The notes under the pieces: generated by a model
What the model was told of the DNA's origin: nothing
The model's database searches: none
The model's input: only the letters and a program-made list of their open reading frames with translations
Shown: positions 37,821 to 51,075 of the stretch, piece by piece
Numbering within the stretch: the stretch's first letter is position 1
Layout of the letters: every line of letters begins with the position of its first letter
Made by a program: the position numbers and the translations under genes
Origin: Mobula hypostoma
Taxonomy: Eukaryota
NCBI RefSeq assembly: GCF_963921235.1
Contig: NC_086097.1
Span: forward strand, 148,492,001-148,556,000
Direction of reading: 5' to 3'
DNA length: 64,000 nt

Positions 37821-39602
37821 TCTCTGATATTTGTTAAGCTTATGGCTAATATGATCATTATCTCAAGTCCTCATTCCACTTACTCCTTGTAACCTTCCAC
37901 CATTTTGCTTAGCAAATATCTATCTACCTCCATCTTAAAGACATTCAAAGACTCTGCTTCTTTTCCCTTTGAAGAAGAGAATTATACTGACCTTTGGAAA
38001 GAGACATTTAAATTATTTACCGTTCTTGAAGAATGACTCACATTAGTGACACTAGACCCAAAATACAGGATATTACAATATCCTCATTCTGACCTGGAAT
38101 GAACCAAATACTGTAGATAAAATTCCTTTGCTATAGTTAAAAGTCAAAGTTGAGTTTATTGTTATATATGTGAGTACATGTATGCTCAGTGTTACAACCT
38201 CGGCTCTCAGAAAGTAACACAAAGCTATCAGGCCACAACAGGAATTACAAACAAAAGACATTTATTAAATTAAACTTAAGGTAAAGGGAAAAAGGGTGAT
38301 GTGTGATGTGTGTGGTGTGGTAGTGCTGACTGCAGAATGGGAGGGAGAGAGAGATTGTGGGAGTTGGAGTGGCCTTGTTTTTAAGCAGCCCCCCAGCAGG
38401 TGTCAGCTATGGAAGGGTAATTGCAGGTGTTCTTGGGAACTGCAATGCAGGTTAAGGAGGAAACATAGGCCAGGAAATGCGCAGGACATAACACCCCCAC
38501 CCTTAAAAAGGTTGCTCTAGGGTAACCTACTGCTACTCCAATAATGCATACAGTATGTTCAATAAAGAATATAGGGTGTAAGCAGATGCCAGATACACTT
38601 ACAACCTTGAAAGGGCATCTTCTAGCCCATTGCCCCTTCCACCGATGTGGCAAAGCTTCAGGTCATACCCCTGCAGGAATAAAACCCACTGCACTGAATG
38701 CTGTTTAGAATTCCTCATGCTGCAGAGAAAGACAGGAGGGTTAAGGTCTATACACATACTGAGTGGAAAACAGGAACAAACATAGACATCAAAATGATTC
38801 CAGGCAAGAATAAAGGCTAAAGCCTCCTTCTCTATTGTGGAGTAGTGCTTCTGATGTACCTCAAATAGCACACAGGATGCTCCACGTCCCTCATAAAAGA
38901 CTTATCCATTAGATAAGGATGCATGGAGTTGGGCTTGATGTATTACCATGGATAGAGGATTGGTTAACTAATCCTCTATCCACGAGTTGGGATACATAGG
39001 TGTTTCTCTGGTTGGCAATCAGTGGTGAGCAGTGTGCCACAGGGATCGGTACAGATGACACAACTGTTCACGATATACATTAACAATCTGGAAGAGGAGA
39101 CCGAGTGTAGTGTATCTAAGTTTGCTGATGACACTAAATTGAGTGGAAAAGCAAATTGTGCAGAAGATATAGAAAGCCTGCAGAGAGATATAGATAGGTT
39201 AAGTGAATGAGCACGGATTTGGCAGATGGAGTAAAATTTTGTCGAATGTGAGGTCATCCACTTTGGAAGGAAAAGTGGAAGAGCAGATCGTTATTTAAAT
39301 GGTAAAAAATTGCAGCATGCTGCTGTGCAGAGGGACTTGGGAGTACAGTCGGCCCTCCGTATCCGTGGGTTCCGCATCCGCAGATTCAACCAACTGTGGA
39401 TGGAAAATATTGCACATGAATCACAAAAGGTTGGTTTGCAGGTGCAGCAAGCTATCAAGGAGGCTCATGGAATGTTGGCCTTCATTGCTAGAGGGATTGA
39501 ATTTAAGAGCAGGGAGGTTATACTGCAACTATACAGGGTACTGGTGGTGCTCACCTGGAGTACAGCGTGCAGTTCTGGTCTCCTTACTTGAGGAAAGATA
39601 TA

Positions 39603-39757
39603 AACAACAGGAATTCTGCAGATGCTGGAAATTCAAGCAACATACATCAAAGTTGCTGGTGAACGCAGCAGGCCAGGCAGCATCCATAGGAAGAAGCGCA
39701 GTCGACATTTCAGGCCGAGACCCTTCATCAGGACACGTTTCAGGCCGAGACCCTTCA
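39603..39757 (-). mobile_element. 155-bp Penelope-derived mini-element (hammerhead plus tail)
   Basis: Perfect 14-bp TSD TGAGGAAAGATATA at 39589-39602 and 39758-39771. Near-identical to 49674-49800. Confidence 0.92.
39699..39734 (-). ncRNA. Minimal type I hammerhead ribozyme motif (GAAAU variant)
   Basis: Minus strand reads GUC-CUGAUGA-AGGGUCUCGGCCU-GAAAU-GUC-GACUG. Confidence 0.65.
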
Positions 39758-42399
39758 TGAGGAAAGATATACTGGCTTTGGAGGCAGTGCAGAGGAGGTT
39801 CACCAACTTGATTCCAGAGATGAGGAAGATAGATAATGAGGAGAGATTGAGTTATCTGAGACTGTACTCACTGGAATTCAGAAGAATGAGAGGAGATATT
39901 ACAGAAACATATAAAATTATGAAAGGGATAGATGAGACAGAGACAGGGAACTTATTTCCACTGGTAGGTGAGACTAGAACTCGGGGACATAGACTCAAGA
40001 TTCGGAGGAGTAGATTTAGGATGAAGATGAAGAGGAACTGCTTTTCCCAGAGAGTGGTGAATCTATAGAATTCTCTCCCAATGAAGCAATGGAGGCTACC
40101 TCAATAAATACATTTAAGATAAGTTGGATAGATTTTTGCATAGTAGGGGAATTAAGGGTTATGGGGAAAAGGCAGGCAAGTGGAGATGAGTCCAAGGCTG
40201 AATCAGCCATGATCTCATTGAATGGTGGAGCAGGCTCAACGGGCCAGATGGTCTGCTCCGGCTCCTATTTCTTATGTCCTTATGTGAATCCCTTGGAGGA
40301 CCCCAACCCGACCCCAACATCACTAGCATCAACAGCTAGCTTAAAGGGCCTGCTGAAACCAGGAGCTGCCAGGGCGGCAACATGACTCAGCAACGACTTC
40401 AAATTCTCAAAGGCATGCTAACATGTCTCCATCCAAACGTAAGGAATCTTGGGACTAAGCAGGTTATTTAAGAGTGCAGCAACAGTGGAAAAATTTTGCA
40501 AAAACTTCTTTAATAACCTGTCATCCCGATGAACCATTTCAGCTCTCTCTGGGATACTGGCTGCTGGCACAGTGAAGTTCACAATGGCCTCCTCTGAGAC
40601 TAACTCTTCAAAGGAGACAGAGACAGAGAAAGGTCTCTCTTCTGTTCAATCACTGGCTGTTCACGAGAGGGAAACGCGTGGCCAAACCCTGTTAGATCTA
40701 CATCATCTTTGGCCATACAGGTGTCACAGAAGGCACTATCAGGGAGGTTGTCAGAGCCCTTGCCTTTGCTTTGATCTTTCTTATACATTGCAGGAATAGT
40801 AACACAAACAGGAAAGGTGCCTGGGAAAGTCAGTTCAAGCTCATCCCAGAAGAATCCCCATCACGTTACAACCTGGGCTCTCAGAAAGTAACATGAAGGA
40901 GTCAGGCCACAACAGGAATAACAAACAAAAGATATTTATTAATTTAACGTTTAGGTAAAGGAAAAAAGGGTCCCCAGCAGGTGTTGGCAATGGAAGAGTA
41001 ATTGCAGGTGTCCCAGGGAACTATAACACAGGTTAAAGAGGAAACAGGCCATGAAATGTATAGGACATAACAACAGGTCCAATGAAAAACTTATTTGCAA
41101 CATCACAGCCACATAACATCATATAATCAGCATTCACAAGAAAAACATAAAATAAAATTAGATCAAAAAGAATACAAAGTCCATTTTAGTGCAAAGTGAC
41201 CAAAGTGGTCAAGGTGTTGTAAAACTGTAGTGATAAGGATTGTCCCAGTTCATTCAAGACTGAAGGGAAGTAGCTGTTCTTGAACTTGATGGTGTGGAAA
41301 TTCAGGCTTCTGTATCTCCTGCCCCATGGTAGTTGTGAGATGGCGTGGCCCAGATGGCAGGGATCTTTAAAGATAGATGTTGCATGCGTGAGATAGTGCC
41401 TCATGTATAACCTGCCAGTGCAAGTGATGCATGAGAGCTCCATTTTAACATTTAAGAGAAGCTTGGATAGGTTCATAGATGGTGGGTATATGCAGGGCTA
41501 TGGTCATAGTGCAGGTCAACAGGTGTAGGCAGTTTAAATGCTTCAGTGCAGTCTAGATGGGTCTAAGGGCCTGCTTCTGTGTTGTACTTTTCAATAACTC
41601 TACGACTCTATGATCAATAATCCCACCAACCTGTACTTCTTTGGAATGTTGCCAGGGAGAATGGGGAGCACACACAAACTCCTTTGACAGTGGCAGATTG
41701 AACGCACATCACAGGCACTGTAATGGCATTTAACTGACCACCCTCACAGGCGTGGCACTCCTTGCCCTGATGTGATCATGTAATTGTGACTGCAGCAGAT
41801 GCAGTTATTTTCGTAATTATCAGTCCTGAATCTCATTCACCATGCTCAATATTCCCAGCTGAGGTTCCGTAAAGGAAATTATTCTTTGAACATCAGGTTT
41901 GATAAACTATTGTGCCTTCATTTTCCTCCCTCTTCTTTAAGCGCCTTGTCCAAATTTGTCTGTCCTCTGATCATAGGATACAAAGCATCCTTAGGAGCAG
42001 AGCTGACCCTGCTGCCCCATAGCTTGCCTTGCTGTTCCATTCGACTGTGTTTGATCTTGATCTTAAAAATACTTTCACTCCAGTTCCCCACATTCTCCCA
42101 GCAGAGCCTAACAAAATCTATTTTCAGCTTTGAATCAAAGCTTTCTGAAGAAGGCAATTTTCAAATGTTCACACTGCTCTGAAAAAATATACTGCATTTC
42201 TTAGCCTTAAAGGATACTCATAACCATTTAGACTTTGATCCCAGACTCTAGACTCTGCAACCAAAGGAAACAAACTCCAAGAATCCACCTTCTCAGGCAT
42301 TCTCAGAACCTTGCTTGTTTTAATCAAATTACTTCTTACCTTTCTTGAACCAGTGATCTTAGGCTTATCCTACTCAATATTCAATATTCTGTCCAGTCT

Positions 42400-43970
42400 A
42401 TATTGAAGAGGACTGTGAACCAAAGAGGTCAATCTGGGTGTTCCCCAAACCAAAACCATCTGTTATCCTGGAGATCAAATCACTACTGAAGTCCAGGACT
42501 ATGGCAATCAAATCAGGTGACACTGACCTATGTAGGACATCGAAGTACAACTTTCATAAACCTATTAGGGATGCCAAGGAGCAATACCAGTACAAAATGG
42601 AGTCCCAAACCAGCTCTCAGTTGTGGCAAGGTTTGCATCCCTCCCCCATGCTCAATGCATTTTCTGCACTTCCAGTTAAGATGTTGCTACTGAACGTGTG
42701 CAACAGCTCCTGGTTGTCAAAACGATAAGAAAGCTGTCTAAAATCATCACTAAAAATACTTCTGCTGTGTCAAATTATCACTGCAAACAGTAAAGGGGCT
42801 AGCAATGGCAAGGCGAGTTTGGGGGATGAGGCTAGATGGTATGTTGCAGAATTGTTGCAGATGGAGTTCTGATGCCTGTACAGCTGGCCCGGTGCAAGTT
42901 TGGGTCACTGTAGGCACCAAAAGGAGAAGTCAGGACCCGGACAGAGAAATTCCGTGTTTGTTCAACTGGCTCAGTGCAAGGTTGGTTCGCTCTGGGCACT
43001 GAGCTGATCTGAAGAGCTGCAGGGCAGCGTCGGGTTGGGTGATGGAATCTGGGCCCAGTGCAAGTCAGTGGCCAGCAAAATCTAGGCCCAAAGTGGGTTG
43101 TTGCATCATGAAATCTGGGCCCAGAGTGAGTCACTGCGTGGCGCGGCCTAGGTCCTGGACCTTTCACAGAAGCAGTGCCTGGGTCTTAGTGCAAGATTCG
43201 ATATACTATTTAGACAATTTAAATGCCCGCCTAGGTTGGATGCAACAGCCGAGTTCTCTTGCCCTCTGTGATCTTCACTCCTCTCTCCAGGGCGCTGGAG
43301 CCTTTTGCTGTTCTGTCATTGGGTCAATTTAAACGCCACCTCAGGTAGACTGAAAAGACAGGGTGTCAGTCAGGACGAGAGCCGATTTCACTCATTTTCT
43401 GCAATAGTCATCTCCGTGGCACTGAGGCTACAAAGACTGTCCCAGCTTCTGTGCTCCATGTCCGCTAATATGATGAACTCATATGGAAGTCTTTGGGGCT
43501 CCCCTTCTGATCTCTGATCTTTCAGACTGCAATTCGTAAGGATAGGAGACAACACCACTGCCACAATTATCCTGAATACCGCTTTCCCACAAGGCTATAC
43601 CCTCAGCCCCTTACCTTGTTGCATACACTCTCATCACTGTGTAACCAGATTCTGCTCTAACTCTACCTACGAGTTTGCAGATGTACCACTGTAGTGGGAC
43701 GAATCTCAGATAATCATGACTTGAAGTATAGGAGGACTTGCAGAGCCAAGTAACATGGTATCAAGACAACACGCTTTCCCTCGATGTCAACAAAACAAAA
43801 GAGCTTCAGGTAGCCGATAGGATGGTGTATTAATGGTAGTGAGATGGGGATAGTTGGGAGTCTCAAATTCTTCAATGTAAGTATCAACAATAACTTATCC
43901 TTGTCCATCCATATCAATGTAATGGCCAGGAAAGTGTATTAGCATATATAGTATTTTCTCAGAAAGCTAA
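42400..43970 (+). mobile_element. Fragmented Rex1/Babar LINE with a nested non-coding insertion at about 42670-43330
   Basis: VFPKPKP..IRDAKEQY..QLWQGL (ORF 42438) and VRIGDNTT..FPQGYTLSP..EFAD near 43535-43685. Confidence 0.7.
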
Positions 43971-44081
43971 CGAAATCTCAAGTGTATCCTCTCAATATGG
44001 TTCTGTCTGCCCATTTCCCACATGTGATAGGTGTCCACACCCCCAACTCGTTCCATCTGTCCATCATCCCTCCCTTATATG

Positions 44082-44687
44082 TGTAACACTCGTTGCATCT
44101 AGTGGCTTGATCTCGGGGATGGTGCCCCCTCCCTGACCAAACTTTAGCACTCTTGTTTGGGTGGATGCTGCGTGCTGTGTCCCCTTTGTAACAGAGCTAC
44201 CCCGAAATAACATTCAGTCCACAATGTGCGGTTAAACAATTAAGATTTTATATTCAAGTATGGAGTTAGTAGAGAAACAAAAGAAAGGGAAATCAAATAA
44301 AAGGCACCAATAATCTCATCAACATGTCCAGTGCACAACGTTGGAGCTCACGGATTCCCTTTCGCTGATCCTCCTTCGCTCATCGTCGACCCCTGGGCTC
44401 CCTCCCCAAGCCCAGGCCCAGCGGGTCCAGCAACCGTCTCCTCAAGCCACATCTTCTCTCTTCATCCTCTTCGCGCCTTCTCCCCCAAGCCCACGCAAAC
44501 TAACAGCTTTCACACAGACAGAAAGAATAACATCTATCTCAATTGGTTAGCAAATGAATACAAGTCCCGTTATCACTAATTATACCCCCACACATGCTGC
44601 TATAGAGAACCACTGTCTCAGCAGTTAACAGTACAGAGAAGCCACTTTATTCACCTTAGCAGTAACATAAAAGAAGAAACCCTTATA
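44082..44687 (-). mobile_element. Solo LTR, about 606 bp, related to 22784-23410
   Basis: TGTAAC..CTTATA termini (CA decayed to TA). TSD TATG at 44078-44081 and 44688-44691. Shares CAGCATCCAC.CAAACA with the 22784 LTR in reverse orientation. Confidence 0.75.
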
Positions 44688-44952
44688 TATGGTTTCAATT
44701 ACCATCTACCTAATGTCAGATTCCATCATCTACAGCCTATCTCCACGTATCACCTTCCAGTCTCTGGCTTTCCCTCCATCCTTCCCTCTCTGTATCTAGG
44801 TCCAGTTAGGTCCCCCTCTTCCTGTCTCTCCCTCTCTCTCTCTCTCCCCTCTCCCTCCGTCCCTCTACTTCTCCCTCCTCTCTCTACCTCTCGCTACCTC
44901 TCTTTCCCTCTGTATCTGTCACTTTCCCTGTCCCTCTCTCTCTTTCTCTCTT

Positions 44953-45014
<62 letters not shown>

Positions 45015-45259
45015 TTTCTATCGTTTACCAGCTGCTGTTTCCCGGTTCCACTCCTCCCCCTCCCTCACATGGCTCCATCCACCCATTATCCCCTCTCCGC
45101 AATTGCCAGTCCCTAGCTCACCCTTCACCCCTCCTTCTCACCGTTTTACAGGGGTTAGCTCCTCTCTATAGTCTTAGTCCCAATATGGGGTCTGAAACTT
45201 CGCGTATCACTTTGCCTCCTCAGACCAATTGTGCTCCTCTGGCAGTTAGCAGTTTGCTC

Positions 45260-45815
45260 CTAAGGGTCCTTCTATTTACTCTACACCTTTCTCTTACATT
45301 TGATATCCCAAGGTGCAACACCTCACACGTGGCAAAATTAAATTCTATCTGCCATTTCTTTACCCATATTTTGCCCAACTAATCTGCTGTATCCTTTGAC
45401 AACCTTCTTCACTATCCGCAAGTCCATCAATTTTTAGTACAAACTTACTAATCAGCCCACCTATACTTTCTTTGAAATTCTTATATACTGTACATGGTAT
45501 CACAAACAATAGAGGTTCAAGCATTGATCCCTGTTGTATACCACTGATCACCGGCATCCAATCACAGTAAGAACCCTCTACCACTGTGACCCAGCTAATT
45601 TTGAATGCAACCTGCCAAGTCACAATGGATGCCTTGTGCCTTAGCCCTCTGGATCATCCTAACATGAGGGATGTTACTGAATGCTTTTCTAAAGTCTATG
45701 TGAACTGTACCCACTGCCCTAACATCGTCAATCATCTTTGACATCTCCTCAGAAAACTCTGTCAAGTTCATGAGAAGTGACTGCTCCCCCCACCACACTA
45801 TCTCTAAAAAGTCCA
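45260..45815 (-). mobile_element. Old CR1 RT fragment
   Basis: ORFs 45595-45855 (NLTEFSEE..IDFRKAFSNIPH) and 45360-45623 (VISGIQQGSMLEPLLF). Confidence 0.8.
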
Positions 45816-46499
45816 AGCTTTTCAAAATGCTGGTCCGGATAGAGTGGAAAGCCAAATGTGAAGGCAGAGGTCAGACTGATTTTGCTTGCTCTCCAGCGAT
45901 GTACATTCCTCTCTCTGGTGGCTGCCATCTCTGCGAGTTTCACAGTGTTTTTGCCCCGCTAATATGATAAATGTGAGATTGAGGCTTGAGCCTACTATGG
46001 CTGCTCTGGGGAGCAGATCTAAGCACTCAACCCAGTTTGGAATGCTCTCATTTGCATCTATTGCTTGCATGATGTGTGTGCTTGTTTTTTTTTCCCTCTT
46101 TCTCTGCAAGCAGTTATGTTCTTTCTTTTTTTCAATTGGGTTCTTCAGGTTTCTTGCTTTGTGGCTGCCTGTAAGCAAACAAATCTCAAGGTGTTCAGTT
46201 TATACATTCTTTGATAATAAGGGCACTTTAATTTAATTTGATTAAATCCTATCCCTAATCCTATTCTTCTCCTGCACTATTATGTATTTATTTGTACTTT
46301 GTAGTAATTTAATGTCTTGCACTGTACTGCTGCCACAAAAATCTGATTTCAGTGCTATTAAACCTGAGTTTGATTCTGGTTCTGATGGCTGCAAGAAATG
46401 AGCTCCCTCTGCAGAATGACTTAATGACTGGGGCAAAATGAACAAAGGTGAAACTAATTTGTTAATATACTTCAATAGCGTGGCTTCCATTTTCTTTTT

Positions 46500-46885
46500 T
46501 ATTTAGAGATACAGCATGGAACAGGCCCTTCTGGTCTACCAAGCCACACCACTCAGCAACACACCTATTTTACACTAGCCTAATCACAGGACAATTTTTG
46601 ATGACCAATTAATCTACTAACCAGTATGTCTGGGAACCGTGTAAGGAAACCAATGCACACAGGAAGAAGGTACAAATTTTCTTAGAAAGGACGTCAAAAT
46701 TGAACTCTGACACCCTGAGCTGTAATAGCGTCGCACTAACTGCTGCACTGCAATGGCACTCCGATTTTGGATGTAGGAGGGAACTCCGAGCCAACTCCAC
46801 ACGCGTGTTGCGGCGGAGGTCAGGATCGAACCCGATTTCCAGAGCTGGGTGGTGGCGGCTCCACTCACTGCCGCTTCACACGTCA
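46500..46885 (-). mobile_element. V-SINE/HE1-like SINE copies (tRNA head, V-domain remnant, CR1-type tail)
   Basis: Minus-strand B-box-like GAGTTCAATT and GGGTTCGATCC, TTTGTACCTTCTTCCTGTGTG..GGTTTCCT, and tail GGGCCTGTTCCATGCTGTATCTCTAAAT. Confidence 0.65.
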
Positions 46886-47579
46886 ACCTGAAATATTGCT
46901 TCGGTGAATATTACAATGTGATTTGATTTTTGTTCCTGACACCTTTGGCTGACCGAACAAACGTTCACTGTGAAACGCAACAAGGCTATAGCAATTCAAA
47001 AAAAAGGAACCTACTAATCCTTGATCAACAATGAAGAAATAATAATGCGACTATATAAGTGTGGTCCACAACCTGCAGCAAAATAAAAATAGCCTCATCA
47101 ATTCTGTCAGAGTCAATGTTTTCAGCTTTGCTAAATTTAGTGGATTAAAAGTAAATCTTTCATTGTAAACTCAGATTCCTGCTTAACCATTTAATTTAGG
47201 TCATTGATTAGTTTCTTGAAGCCTTCTGGGAATCTTGTAAAATTCGCTGAAACAACATTTCAGGTTGAAATGTGAAAACTATCAAAGACTGACCCCACCC
47301 TGGTCTTAGAGACTGAAAATCTATAGGTTTTCATCTAATTACTTCATTGGCACCAATGCAGTCAAGTAAATCAAAAGAAATTAGCAGCCGAAGGCAAGTT
47401 AAACATAATTCTTTGCAACTGTTTAATTCTGAAAGGAAATCTTGAACTGATAGAGAATGGAAAGGTTTTAGGTTCAATCCATAATGAGTGGCGTTTTAAC
47501 CAAACTCAGGCAGAGTAATGGATCAGAACACATTTAACGGTCTTTAGATAGTATTCTGATGAGAGAGGGGAAAGCATGG

Positions 47580-47782
47580 TGGACCATATAGCCTACTGTA
47601 TATTATGGGACTACTTTTATGTTGTAGTAACATGTCGTTGAGCATGCGCTATTAGGCGCGTATTGATCTGTACATGTGTGTTCAGTTCGGTTTCAGTCAG
47701 TGAAAAAACCCTGTTAACTTAGCTCCTGTCTCCAGCGTTTTCATTTACAGCTTTGTTGTGTAACCCGGCCACATACACAACA
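47580..47782 (+). repeat. 5' LTR (203 bp)
   Basis: TG..CA termini; about 9 substitutions and 2 indels versus the 3' LTR by manual alignment. Confidence 0.95.
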
Positions 47783-47785
47783 AAT

Positions 47786-47796
47786 TGGCGATGAGG
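47786..47796 (+). promoter_or_regulatory. Primer binding site, tRNA-Ser(GCT)-type
   Basis: TGGCGATGAGG, 3 nt after the LTR; one CpG-type change from TGGCGACGAGG. Confidence 0.75.
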
Positions 47797-48113
47797 TTAA
47801 TGAACCTTCATCCTATCGGAGCGCCGTGTTTTAATTGATAACGACACTTGGAAGAAGAGCGCAAGGAACGAGGCAAGGAGTGGGAGAAGGAGTTCGCGTG
47901 TCTGAAAGGAAGCAAGAGCACAGTCAGAGCCACAGAACGTCCAGCTGAGACCACAGCCAGCGCTGACCCCAGGGGCTGAGGGTCTGACTGCCCCAGAAGG
48001 AAGATAAAAAGGTGCGACACACGCATCTAGACGGAGTGTGCTCGGGATGCTAGCAAAAAGGTCACGTGAGTCAAAAAAAAACAAGGAACCATGGCTAAAT
48101 TAACATAACAAGA

Positions 48114-48955
48114 ATGGCGTTGTTTGGAACCATTACAGCTTTTGATAGTGGCATTGAAGACTGAGCAACTTACATTGAAAGAGTGGAGTTATATTGTGAT
48201 TGTAACGGTGTTGATGATGAAAAGAAAGCCCGTGTCTTACTCAGTGTTATGGGAGCAAAAACATACGACCTGCTACGGAGCTTGTTAACCCCTGAAAAGC
48301 CAGCTGACAAAACATTCAAGCAAAGAGTAGACACCCACCAACAGCACTTAATCCCCAAACCACTGGTTATTGCTGAAAGATTTAAATTTCATAAAAGGAG
48401 TCAGAACAAAAATGAAAGCATTTCTGAATATTGTGCTGAATTGCGCAAATTATCAGAACATTGTCAATTTGGAGCTGGTCTATCAGACGCATTGTGGGAC
48501 AGGTTAGTGTGTGGCATGCACTGTAAAACCACACAGAAGAAGCTCCTGTGTGAAAAAAACCTTACATTCGAGAATTGCAATATCAACAGAAACAGTGGCA
48601 GGGGGTGCTTCCAAGATACAAAAAAAAATCTCTGGAATATGCCACAAATAAAATGTCACTGAACAGAAAGGAAGGAAAGAAATGTTACCGTTGTGGGAAC
48701 AGGTCACATGACCCTGATGATTGTTGGTTCAAAGATAAAGAATGCAGAAACTGTGGCAAACAGGGCCACATTGGCAGAGTATGCAAGGCTAGTAAACAGC
48801 AGAAAAAGGACAAAATACAGAGAAACAAGAAACCCCAGAAAGGAAAATACAACAATGTGCACAAAATGAAAGAAAGCAATTCTGATGAAAGTGACTCAGA
48901 CAAAAGTGAATTGTCTTGTCTGCAACTTCACAGCGTGGAAGAGACAGATGATTGA
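48114..48955 (+). pseudogene. gag: gag with two CCHC zinc knuckles (premature stop at 48162, frameshift near 48575)
   Basis: MALFGTITAFD..ED*ATYIERV, ESISEYCAELRKLSEHCQFG..DRLVCG, CYRCGNRSHDPDDC and CRNCGKQGHIGRVC. Confidence 0.92.
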
Positions 48956-49765
48956 AGAGTAATATGGATCACTCCACAAGTGGCAGGCGTGAGACTGAAA
49001 ATGGAGTTGGGCACAGGCTCAGCTTTAACAGTAATATCTGTACACGACTACAAACGACTGTTTTCTCACATACCACTGAAACGAACTAAACTACTGCTAA
49101 AGACTTAGACAGGACAGAAAGTGCGTCCCAAAGGTAAAATTAAAGTGACAGTGACCTACGGAGACAAAACACAGCAGCTGAACCTTTATGTACTGAGAAA
49201 TGGAGGACCACTGTTGCTGGGACGTGAATGGCTCAGGAAAATTCAGTTGGATTGGCACACCATCAAGGCACTAAATGTGGCAGTGAAGGCGGGCAGCAAG
49301 GCTACATCTGAGAGACTGTCACAAATACTTGCTGACTCTGAGGAAGTGTTCATGAAAGGAATAGGAACACTTCGGGGCATGAAAGCAAAGATTGTGATTG
49401 AGGAAAACGCATGTCCAAAATTTGACAAAGCCAGGCCAGTGCCATATGCAATCTGTCCCACAGTAGAGGCAGAGCTGAAAAATCTGGAGCAGACTAGGGT
49501 CCTGTCAAAGGTGGATTGGAGTGAATGGGCCACACCTGTTGTTCCAGTGATGAAGAAAACCCCCAGCACAAAACCAGGAAAACCAAGCGAGGTGTGCATA
49601 TGTGGTGACTTTAAAGTGACTGTTAACCCAGTTCTCTGCACAATACAGTATCCCCTACCCCATATTGAGGACAACAGGAATTCTGCAGATGCTGCAAGTT
49701 CAAGCAACACACATAAAAGTTGCTGGTGAACGCAGCAGGCCAGGCAGCATCTGTAGGAAGAGGTG

Positions 49766-49803
49766 CAGTCGACGTTTCAGGCCGAGACCCTTCGTCAGGA
49801 CTA
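49766..49803 (-). ncRNA. Minimal type I hammerhead ribozyme motif, intact core
   Basis: UAGUC-CUGACGA-AGGGUCUCGGCCU-GAAAC-GUC-GACUG; helix I is UAGUC/GACUG and helix III is the palindrome ACGU. Confidence 0.82.
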
Positions 49804-50362
49804 ACTGAAGGAAGAGTGAGTAAGGGATTTGAAAGTTGGAGGGGGAGGGGGAGATCCAAAATGATAGGAGAAGACAGGAGGGGGAGGGATGGAGCCAAGA
49901 GCTGGACAGGTGATAGGCAAAAGGGATACGAGAGGATCATGGGACAGGAGGTACGGGAAGAAAGACGGGGGGGGTGACCCAGAGGATGGGCAAGAGGTAT
50001 ATTCAGAGGGACAGAGGGAGAAAAAGGAGAGTGAGAGAAAGAATGTGTGCATAAAAATGAGTAACAGATGGGGTATGAGGGGGAGGTGGGGCATTAGCGG
50101 AAGTTAGAGAAGTCGATGTTCATGCCATCAGGTTGGAGGCTACCCAGACGGAATATAAGGTGTTGTTCCTCCAACCTGAGTGTGGCTTCATCTTTACAGT
50201 AGAGGAGGCCGTGCATAGACATGTCAGAATGGGAATGGGATGTGGAATTAAAATGTGTGGCCACTGGGAGATCTTGCTTTCTCTGGCGGACAGAGCGTAG
50301 ATGTTCAGCAAAGCAGTCTCCCAGTCTGCCCTGCTTTCTCTGGCGGACAGAGCGTAGATGTT

Positions 50363-50782
50363 CTCCCTCCTGGCACTTATCCGTGTAAGCGGAACAAGTG
50401 CTACACATGCCCTTACCTTTCCTCCCTTACCACCATTCAGGGCTCCAAACAGTCCTTCCAGGTGAGGCATCACTTCACCTGTGAGTCGACTGGGGTGATA
50501 TACTGCGTCTGGTGCTCCCGATGTGGCCTTTTATATATTGGCGAGACCTGACGCAGACTGGGAGATCACTTTGCTGAACATCTACGCTCTGTCCACCAGA
50601 GAAAGCAGGATCTCCCAGTGGCCACACATTTTAATTCCACACCCCATTCCCATTCTGACATGTCTATCCACGGCCTCCTCTACTGTAAAGATGAAGCCAC
50701 ACTCAGCTTGGAGGAACAACACCGTATATTCCATCTGGGTAGCCTCCAACCTGATGGCATCGACTTCTCTAACTTCCACTAA
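50363..50782 (+). pseudogene. Penelope Cys-rich linker plus GIY-YIG endonuclease (one internal stop)
   Basis: LPPGTYPCKRNKCYTCPY..FTCESTGVIYCVWCSRCGLLYIGET*RRLGDHFAEH..VATHFN..EEQHRIFHLGSLQPDG. Confidence 0.9.
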
Positions 50783-51075
50783 TGCCCCACCTCCCCCTCG
50801 TACCCCATCTGTTACTTATTTTTATACACACATCCTTTCTCTCACTCTCCTTTTTCTCCCTCTGTCCCTCTGAATTTACCCCTTGCCCATCCTCTGGGTC
50901 CACCCCGCCCTTGTCTTTCTTCCCGGACCTCCTGTCCCATGATCCTCTCGTATCCCTTTTGCCTATCACCTGTCCAGCTCTTGGCTCCATCCCTCCCCAT
51001 CCTGTTTTCTCCTATCATTTTGGATCTCCCCCTCCCCCTCCAACTTTCAAATCCCTTACTCACTCTTCCTTCAGT

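Larger units (their letters stand above)
38890..40283 (+). mobile_element. CR1 LINE nested in the Gmr1-like element
   Basis: SSVPQGSV..LFTIYINNL..SKFADDTKL, EAVQRRFTNLIP and CFSQRVVNL; tail TCTTATGTCCTTATG. Confidence 0.9.
38190..41072 (-). mobile_element. Internally deleted Gypsy LTR retrotransposon, Gmr1-like domain order
   Basis: LTRs at 38190-38493 and 40864-41072. PPT at 38494-38505, degenerate tRNA-Pro-type PBS at 40843-40860, flanks TCAG/ACAG. RNase H (YSTIEKEALA..DALSRL) ends at 38599, just before the PPT. RT/RH linker PFKLAVDASDVG near 40300-40350. Confidence 0.8.
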
